The translations under genes and the position numbers were made by a program. The notes under the pieces were generated by a model that was not told where the DNA came from, did no database searches, and saw only the letters and a list, made by a program, of their open reading frames with translations. From assembly GCA_011620345.1 (NCBI GenBank), contig WOZJ01000057.1, forward strand, positions 165,246 through 229,245: DNA of 64,000 bases. Direction: 5' to 3'. This document shows positions 58,225-64,000 of the stretch, piece by piece (position 1 is the first letter of the stretch; each line of letters opens with the position of its first letter). The stretch comes from Nitrospirota bacterium (GTDB taxonomy: Bacteria > UBA2233).

Positions 58225-60537
58225 TTACTTCGCCTTCTGGATGAGCTCTTGGAGTTTTGGAAGAATGCTCTCCTGAACAAACTGGCGGTTTTGCGCCTTG
58301 TCCTTGTACATCCGCTCATCGGCTATACGAAGAGCCTCTTTGAGCGTGCTTTCCGGCTTTTTTGCAACCGCGTATCCCGTTGCGATGCTAAGTGGCAAGG
58401 AAGGCTGCCCGGCGTTATAATCCTGGATGGCCTTTCTTAAGCGAGCCACGGCCTGTTTCGTCGTCTCCTCCGTTGCATTAGACAGGAGAATGATGAACTC
58501 GTCCCCCCCAACCCTGGCTAAGATGTCCTCTGCCCGGAAAGAGCTTCGGATAAGTGAGGCTGCTTCTACAATTAGCAAGTCCCCAGCTTCGTGGCCTAGG
58601 TTGTCGTTTACAAACTTAAGCGAGTCGAGATCGCACACGATAATGCCCGTTAGTTTTGGGAGCCTCGTAAGCTCGAGCCTTCTTAGCTCTTCTTCGAAGA
58701 AGGTGCGGTTGTAAAGACCCGTAAGCGCATCGTGCATACTCAGGTAGCTAAGGCGTTCTTCCATCTGTTTGCGCTCCGTGATCTCTTGGCCGATCGAGAA
58801 TACTACCTGCCTCCCTTGGATTTTAATGGGGACAATGTTCATAAGAAGTGTGCGCTCGGCGTTATTTGCCTTGTCTGGCCCGTTGCTCTTGTAGGCGGAT
58901 TCCACGCTGAAGGGGGAAAAGTCTTTTTTGCGGAGAACCTCTAAAATTTGGCTATCCCAGAGTGCCCGCTTGAGAAGTTCCTCTCGATTTATTCCCAAAA
59001 ACTGGATTGCGGCCTGGTTTGCATCGATGTAACTCCCATGCTCGTCGATCAAAAAAATAGGGTTGATTGTATTTTCAAAAAGGGCTCTGTAGCGTTGTTC
59101 GCTTTCTTTAAGCGCCTCTTCGGCTTTTTTGCGGTCCGTGATGTCGAGCAAAAACCCATGGATTTGCTTCAGCTTCGCTTCCGCCGACTCGATGTGCCGA
59201 ACATCTTCTCCCTCGTCGAACACTCCTAGCAGGTTTGCGAGGATGCTGAGCCTTTCACCTTGAATATTCTTGAAAGAAAGCTCAAGAAACTGGACTTTCC
59301 TTTCGTCCTTTATCCTCTTGAGGAGTTGGTCGTATGCACTCGGGTTCTCAAGGAGCTCGGGCAAGGACGTTTGGATGGCCTCAGGGGCTGAGGAGAACCC
59401 GAATAAAGCGGCGAACTGATGGTTGCAAAGTATGAGTGATCCATCGGGGTTTGCCAGGAAGTTGGCTGTAAGGGCATTAAAAAAGAGTTGTCGGAACCGC
59501 TCTTCGCTTTCTTGGATTTGCTTTGCATGCTCGAGCCCGGAGAGCATCATGTTGACCGCGGAGGCAAGCCTGGCAATTTCACCGCTCCCCTCCACGGGCA
59601 ACCGTTTGGTTAAATCCTGGCTAAACCCGATCGTCACCACGTTGGCCGCAAGCTGCTCAACCTCGTCCACGAGCTGCGTCTTGAGCAGCCAAAACAGAAG
59701 CACGAGGAATGCCAGACCGGAAACCACGAGCCCAATGCCGAAGTAGCGCATGCTCAAGAGACCCTGCTTAAAGACTGCACGATCTTGACTCGTCTGGATC
59801 ACAAAGGCGGGTTTTCCGTGGATGTCCCGGACAAGTCCGAACCCTGCGATCTGGTCTGCAGAAATCGCCTCTACCCAGGTATCGGCACCGCCTGACCGCG
59901 CTTCCTCGAAGGGCCTGACAAACAAGGGTAGACGAACTATGGCGGAGAGCCGTTTGATCTCTTTACGGTCGAGGTACCGCCCCATGATCAGCGTGCCCGT
60001 GATGCGGGGCGGGCTGGCCGAAGGGTCGAAAATCGGCCTTGAGGTGACAAGAACGGGGTTATTCTGAACCATGAGAACGCCGGACGGGCTGCTTTGAACG
60101 CTCTTGTGGTTTTGGAGGGCCTGATCGTGGACGATGGCGTTCCAAACGAGATCCGGAAAGGGAGTTCTTATTGCACGGTCCAAATCAAAATGGTCTGCCC
60201 GGACAACACTTCCGGAAGCATTCAGGAACACCATAAAATGAACCCGCATCTCGAGAAACGGCGTGATTACGAGGTTCTTCCGGACAAAGTCTGGATTCTG
60301 CCCAGCCACAAATCGGTCAGCCTCCTCCCAGCCGGCCCAGTCACCCGCTTTCGCGCTTAGGGAGGTGTACTCTTGTTCTAACGCACCGAGGACACGCCGG
60401 ACGTTTTGCCTGACGTTTTGGGATTCAATTTTTCGAAACCCTTCGAGCAGGGTAAGGTGAGATGTGGCGTACATCGCCAAAAACAAGACGCCTAGCGCAG
60501 CAAAGGCAATTATGAAGGCTTTTCTTCGAAGCGACAT
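58225..60537 (-). CDS. Diguanylate cyclase (CHASE4-HAMP-PAS-PAS-GGDEF)
   Basis: DWAGW periplasmic motif, two PAS domains, HDALTGLYNR, RAED I-site, GGDEF. Confidence 0.93.
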   Translation of the reverse strand: MSLRRKAFIIAFAALGVLFLAMYATSHLTLLEGFRKIESQNVRQNVRRVLGALEQEYTSLSAKAGDWAGWEEADRFVAGQNPDFVRKNLVITPFLEMRVHFMVFLNASGSVVRADHFDLDRAIRTPFPDLVWNAIVHDQALQNHKSVQSSPSGVLMVQNNPVLVTSRPIFDPSASPPRITGTLIMGRYLDRKEIKRLSAIVRLPLFVRPFEEARSGGADTWVEAISADQIAGFGLVRDIHGKPAFVIQTSQDRAVFKQGLLSMRYFGIGLVVSGLAFLVLLFWLLKTQLVDEVEQLAANVVTIGFSQDLTKRLPVEGSGEIARLASAVNMMLSGLEHAKQIQESEERFRQLFFNALTANFLANPDGSLILCNHQFAALFGFSSAPEAIQTSLPELLENPSAYDQLLKRIKDERKVQFLELSFKNIQGERLSILANLLGVFDEGEDVRHIESAEAKLKQIHGFLLDITDRKKAEEALKESEQRYRALFENTINPIFLIDEHGSYIDANQAAIQFLGINREELLKRALWDSQILEVLRKKDFSPFSVESAYKSNGPDKANNAERTLLMNIVPIKIQGRQVVFSIGQEITERKQMEERLSYLSMHDALTGLYNRTFFEEELRRLELTRLPKLTGIIVCDLDSLKFVNDNLGHEAGDLLIVEAASLIRSSFRAEDILARVGGDEFIILLSNATEETTKQAVARLRKAIQDYNAGQPSLPLSIATGYAVAKKPESTLKEALRIADERMYKDKAQNRQFVQESILPKLQELIQKAK

Positions 60538-60679
60538 TCGGAGTGCTCTTTATTAATTACAGAGACGTATTGTAGCATAGCTTTAAGGCCAAAGGGGGCC
60601 TATTGACATCAAGGGACATCCTATCCCGCCACATCCTTGTTATTTTGTGAGGTTTTACGGACATTGCGAAGGAAAGCTC

Positions 60680-61438
60680 ATGGGTGATAATTTTGCAAAA
60701 GAGTTTCAGCATGAAATGGTCTTTATCCACGGGCTCTACGGCCAAAATGGTCAATACCGAGGGTTGATCAAGGCATTGGAAAAAAAAGGTGTACGCCTCC
60801 ATACCCCTTCCTTGCGAGGCTATTCTGCCGAACGATTATTTGTTCGGTTCTCGGCATCCGAGGTGTTAGGGGCAGCCAGGAAGGCCGTCGTTCAGGTTTA
60901 TAAAGACACGCAAAAAAAACCCTGGCTGTTCGGCTCATCGCTAGGAAGTATCTTTGCCGTAAGGTATGCCATAGAACACCCGGAGACGATCAAAGGGCTT
61001 ATCTTGCACACGATTGTAGACCCAGCCGTCCTACCGCTTACAAACGGGACTCAGCGGGCTTTCCATAGACTTGGGAGTTGGCTGCTTTGGGCTTCTCCGA
61101 TTCTCGGCCTCATTCCTTTCCCCTTCCCATGGTTTGCGGGAACGTACCCAAAGAAGCGCATTTTTTATTCCGTCAATGGCCTTATGGAGCTCTTTTATGA
61201 TCAAAGGTTTCGCTTGGGACTAGAGCAGATCTCCTTGCCTTCGTTTTTGATCGTCGGGAGTAAAGACCGCCTCCTTCCTCCTGATTATTGCCTTTCGGTT
61301 TTTAGGCGTCTCGGGGATGCTAGAGGGGATTGTCAGATAGAGAATGCGGGCCATGGGGTTTTGATGACCCATCCCTACAGAGTGGGACAACAAATCGCGG
61401 CCTGGCTGGCTGCAGAGCAACAGGCCTGCTTGACCTAA
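60680..61438 (+). CDS. Alpha/beta hydrolase
   Basis: FIHG, GSSLG nucleophile elbow, GSKD, AGH. Confidence 0.85.
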   Translation: MGDNFAKEFQHEMVFIHGLYGQNGQYRGLIKALEKKGVRLHTPSLRGYSAERLFVRFSASEVLGAARKAVVQVYKDTQKKPWLFGSSLGSIFAVRYAIEHPETIKGLILHTIVDPAVLPLTNGTQRAFHRLGSWLLWASPILGLIPFPFPWFAGTYPKKRIFYSVNGLMELFYDQRFRLGLEQISLPSFLIVGSKDRLLPPDYCLSVFRRLGDARGDCQIENAGHGVLMTHPYRVGQQIAAWLAAEQQACLT

Positions 61439-61449
61439 GGAGGCGAGGA

Positions 61450-62640
61450 ATGCGATTGGCCAATTTTCTTGGGGGGTTCCAAGAGGACGCCTCTTGGATC
61501 CGGGCGATGTTCGAAAAAGGCAGGGACCTGAAGGCGTCCCTTGGCGCAGAACACGTTGCCGATTTAAGCCTTGGAAACCCCCTGCAGGCACCAGACCAAA
61601 GGGTATTGAACGAACTTGTCCGCGTGGTTGCAGACCCCACCGCCCATGGTTACACCTCCAACCTTGGGCTTGACGAGACAAGGGATGCGATTTCGGCTTA
61701 CCTAAAAGGAAAGTCGGGCATCCCCTTCCAGAGGGCGCACGTGGCCGTTGTGGCCGGGGCCGCCGGAGGCCTTGTCGTAGCCCTTCGTGCGCTTGCAGAC
61801 CAAGGCGAAACAGTGGGGGTATTTTCTCCGTACTTCACGGAGTACCCTTTCTATGCCAAAGCGCTTGGGTTGCATTTCGAATCCCAAGCGCTCGCTCCCC
61901 CCTTCATCCCGACGCTTGAAGATGCCCGTCGGCTGATGAAAAAAAAGCCCAGGGTCGTGTTGATTAACTCCCCGAATAACCCTACTGGCCAGGTATGGGG
62001 AAATGAGGCCTACGCGGCAATCCGACAAGCGATAGACGAACTTGGGCCTAAGGATAGGCCTGACGTGGTCTTTGACGACCCCTATGCAGAGATTGTGTAC
62101 GACGGACTTACGCCCCCGTTCCCCCTTTCGGAAATCCCACAGGCCCTGTATATATCTTCTTTTTCCAAGACATGGGCGATCCCTGGCGCAAGGGTTGGGT
62201 TTTTGGCCGTTCATCCCGACAATCCGCTTGCCGTGCAGGCGATGGACGCCGTCGCTTTTTTGATGCGTGCACTCGGCTTCGTGAGTGCGAACGCCTCCGC
62301 TCAAAGGATGCTCGCACGGGTCGGAGTGGGCAACGTACACCCTGAGCTTGCGCTCTACGAAAAACACCGCGATATGCTCGTCCATGGCCTCCTGTCTCTA
62401 GGGTTCCGCTTCGTTGTCCCTCGTGGAGGGTTTTACGTTTTTCCGGATGTACCCGAGGCCTTTCAAGATGACATTTGTTTTGTTTCTCGTGCACTCGCAG
62501 ACGGGCTGATCGTTGTCCCAGGGAGAGGGTTCGGGGATGCCTCCAGGTTCCGAGTGGTCTTTTCCGTGAGTCAAGAGACGATCTGCAGAGCCATTGAAAA
62601 GCTTCAGAACGTCTTGCACAACCCGGGTCCAAAAAGATGA
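61450..62640 (+). CDS. PLP-dependent class I/II aminotransferase (aspartate aminotransferase-like)
   Basis: SWIRAMFE, LSLGNP, NSPNNPTG, SFSKT..PGARVG. Confidence 0.92.
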   Translation: MRLANFLGGFQEDASWIRAMFEKGRDLKASLGAEHVADLSLGNPLQAPDQRVLNELVRVVADPTAHGYTSNLGLDETRDAISAYLKGKSGIPFQRAHVAVVAGAAGGLVVALRALADQGETVGVFSPYFTEYPFYAKALGLHFESQALAPPFIPTLEDARRLMKKKPRVVLINSPNNPTGQVWGNEAYAAIRQAIDELGPKDRPDVVFDDPYAEIVYDGLTPPFPLSEIPQALYISSFSKTWAIPGARVGFLAVHPDNPLAVQAMDAVAFLMRALGFVSANASAQRMLARVGVGNVHPELALYEKHRDMLVHGLLSLGFRFVVPRGGFYVFPDVPEAFQDDICFVSRALADGLIVVPGRGFGDASRFRVVFSVSQETICRAIEKLQNVLHNPGPKR

Positions 62641-63692
62641 ACGAATACTCCGAGTTGGTCCGCCCCGTTCTTCGTAAGGTGCAAGGTTACGAGCCAGGCG
62701 AACAACCCAAGGAAGGCCCTATTCTTAAGTTGAACACCAACGAAAACCCTTATGGGCCATCCCCAAAGGTGGGGGCGGCAATTCGCAGGGCGATACCAAG
62801 GCTCAAGCGCTACCCGGACCCTGATTGCAGCAGGTTGCGCGCCAAGATCGCCGAAGTATACGGTATCCCAGAGTCTTGCACGCTAGTAACGAACGGGTCT
62901 GACGAGGCCATACGCCTGGTCTTCGAGGGATTACTGGATCCGGGCGAGCGCTTGATCCTTCCCGTTCCGACGTACACCCTATACGATGTACTGGCGACGT
63001 TTCGCTCTGCCGAGGTTGTGCGGGCCCAATTTGGAGACGATTTTGAGCTACCCCCCCTGCCGACTGCAGGGAAGCTCTTGGTCCTTCCCAATCCGCACGT
63101 CCCTTCTGGAGTGGCGTTTGCTGTAGAACGGCTTGCAGCACTGGCCCGAGATTTCCAAGGGCTTTTGCTCCTCGATGAAGCTTACGTCGATTTTGGGGCA
63201 GAGAGCGCAATCGGTCTTGTGGGGCAATTAGAAAACGTGGCCGTCCTTAGGACGTTTTCGAAGTCTTTTTCGCTAGCTGGGCTAAGGGTTGGTTTTTTGG
63301 CTGGGCCTCCTTGGCTTATCGAGACGCTTTTTAAGCTGAAAGATTCCTACAACGTAAGCCATGTGGCTCAGGCTGGCGCGTTGGCTGCCCTCGAAGACAT
63401 CGGCTGGATGGAGCTCAATGCCAAAAGAATCATGGAGGCGCGGGATTTTACCCGCTACCATTTGTTAAGCCTTGGGTTTTCCGTCCCCATCTCGAGCGCA
63501 AATTTTTTACTGGCCCAAAAGCCTGGCGTGGACTTGTACCCTTTGTACCTCGAGTTGAAGCGAAGGAACCTTCTCGTGCGGTACTTTGCCACGCCAGGCC
63601 TTTTTGACCGGATTCGCATCTCGATTGGCAAGGCATCCGAGATGGAGTTCTTTCTGGAAACCCTCCAAAAGGCCCTCGTGTCGCTAGCCTAA
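62637..63692 (+). CDS. hisC: Histidinol-phosphate aminotransferase
   Basis: YEPGEQP, KLNTNENPY, NGSDE, DEAYVDF, RTFSKSFSLAGLRVG. Confidence 0.95.
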   Translation: MNEYSELVRPVLRKVQGYEPGEQPKEGPILKLNTNENPYGPSPKVGAAIRRAIPRLKRYPDPDCSRLRAKIAEVYGIPESCTLVTNGSDEAIRLVFEGLLDPGERLILPVPTYTLYDVLATFRSAEVVRAQFGDDFELPPLPTAGKLLVLPNPHVPSGVAFAVERLAALARDFQGLLLLDEAYVDFGAESAIGLVGQLENVAVLRTFSKSFSLAGLRVGFLAGPPWLIETLFKLKDSYNVSHVAQAGALAALEDIGWMELNAKRIMEARDFTRYHLLSLGFSVPISSANFLLAQKPGVDLYPLYLELKRRNLLVRYFATPGLFDRIRISIGKASEMEFFLETLQKALVSLA

Positions 63693-64000
63693 GCCTGTCT
63701 AGGTTTATTATGGGCGTCAAGGAGCTTTCTTAGGACGAAAGGAAGAATTCCGCCGTGTCGTAGGTATTCTACGTCGATAGCATTGTCCACCCTTGCAATC
63801 GCTTCAAACGTCGTAGTTTCACCCCCAGGCCGTGTGGCACGCACCGTGAGATGTTTGTGAGGGACCAAGTCTGTAATTCCCTCTATGTCGTAGGTTTCAT
63901 GGCCCGTAAGCCCGATTGTCGACCGGTTCTCGCCGGGTAAAAACTCCATCGGCAGGACACCCATGCCCACAAGGTTGCTTCGGTGAATCCGCTCGAAGCT
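63689..64000 (-). CDS. acnA: Aconitate hydratase AcnA, C-terminal part (runs off the window)
   Basis: SFERIHRSNLVGMGVLP...LTGHET...YLRHGGILPFVLR. Confidence 0.93.
   Translation of the reverse strand, partial: SFERIHRSNLVGMGVLPMEFLPGENRSTIGLTGHETYDIEGITDLVPHKHLTVRATRPGGETTTFEAIARVDNAIDVEYLRHGGILPFVLRKLLDAHNKPRQA

Overview
Bacterial chromosomal window of mid-to-high GC. The gene content suggests an anaerobic or facultative, Deltaproteobacteria-like organism, but that is inference. Most of it is housekeeping: plsY, a TPAT/TRAP transporter, guaBA, dnaE, hflX, thrS-infC-rpmI-rplT-pheST, surE, ilvD-lutABC, an M16 peptidase pair, rph-rdgB, fused otsAB, an Rrf2-sufCBDSU-sufT operon, a diguanylate cyclase, hisC, partial acnA and five tRNAs. 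The unusual part is a ~14 kb block (6.8-20.6 kb) between tRNA-Leu and guaB. It encodes a 13-motif NapC-type cytochrome, a 3-motif small cytochrome, two cytochrome c/b (Cbc-like) modules, an M56-type protease, and a two-component system whose sensor carries a CxxCH motif. The block ends in an array of six very small secreted proteins (62-94 aa), each with one non-canonical heme-type motif (CxCH, CX3CH or CX4CH). Three of the six form a paralog family with pattern C-X6-C-X3-CH-X7-C. This mini-cytochrome-like peptide array is the best candidate for an undescribed system. No CRISPR array, integrase or transposase was seen.
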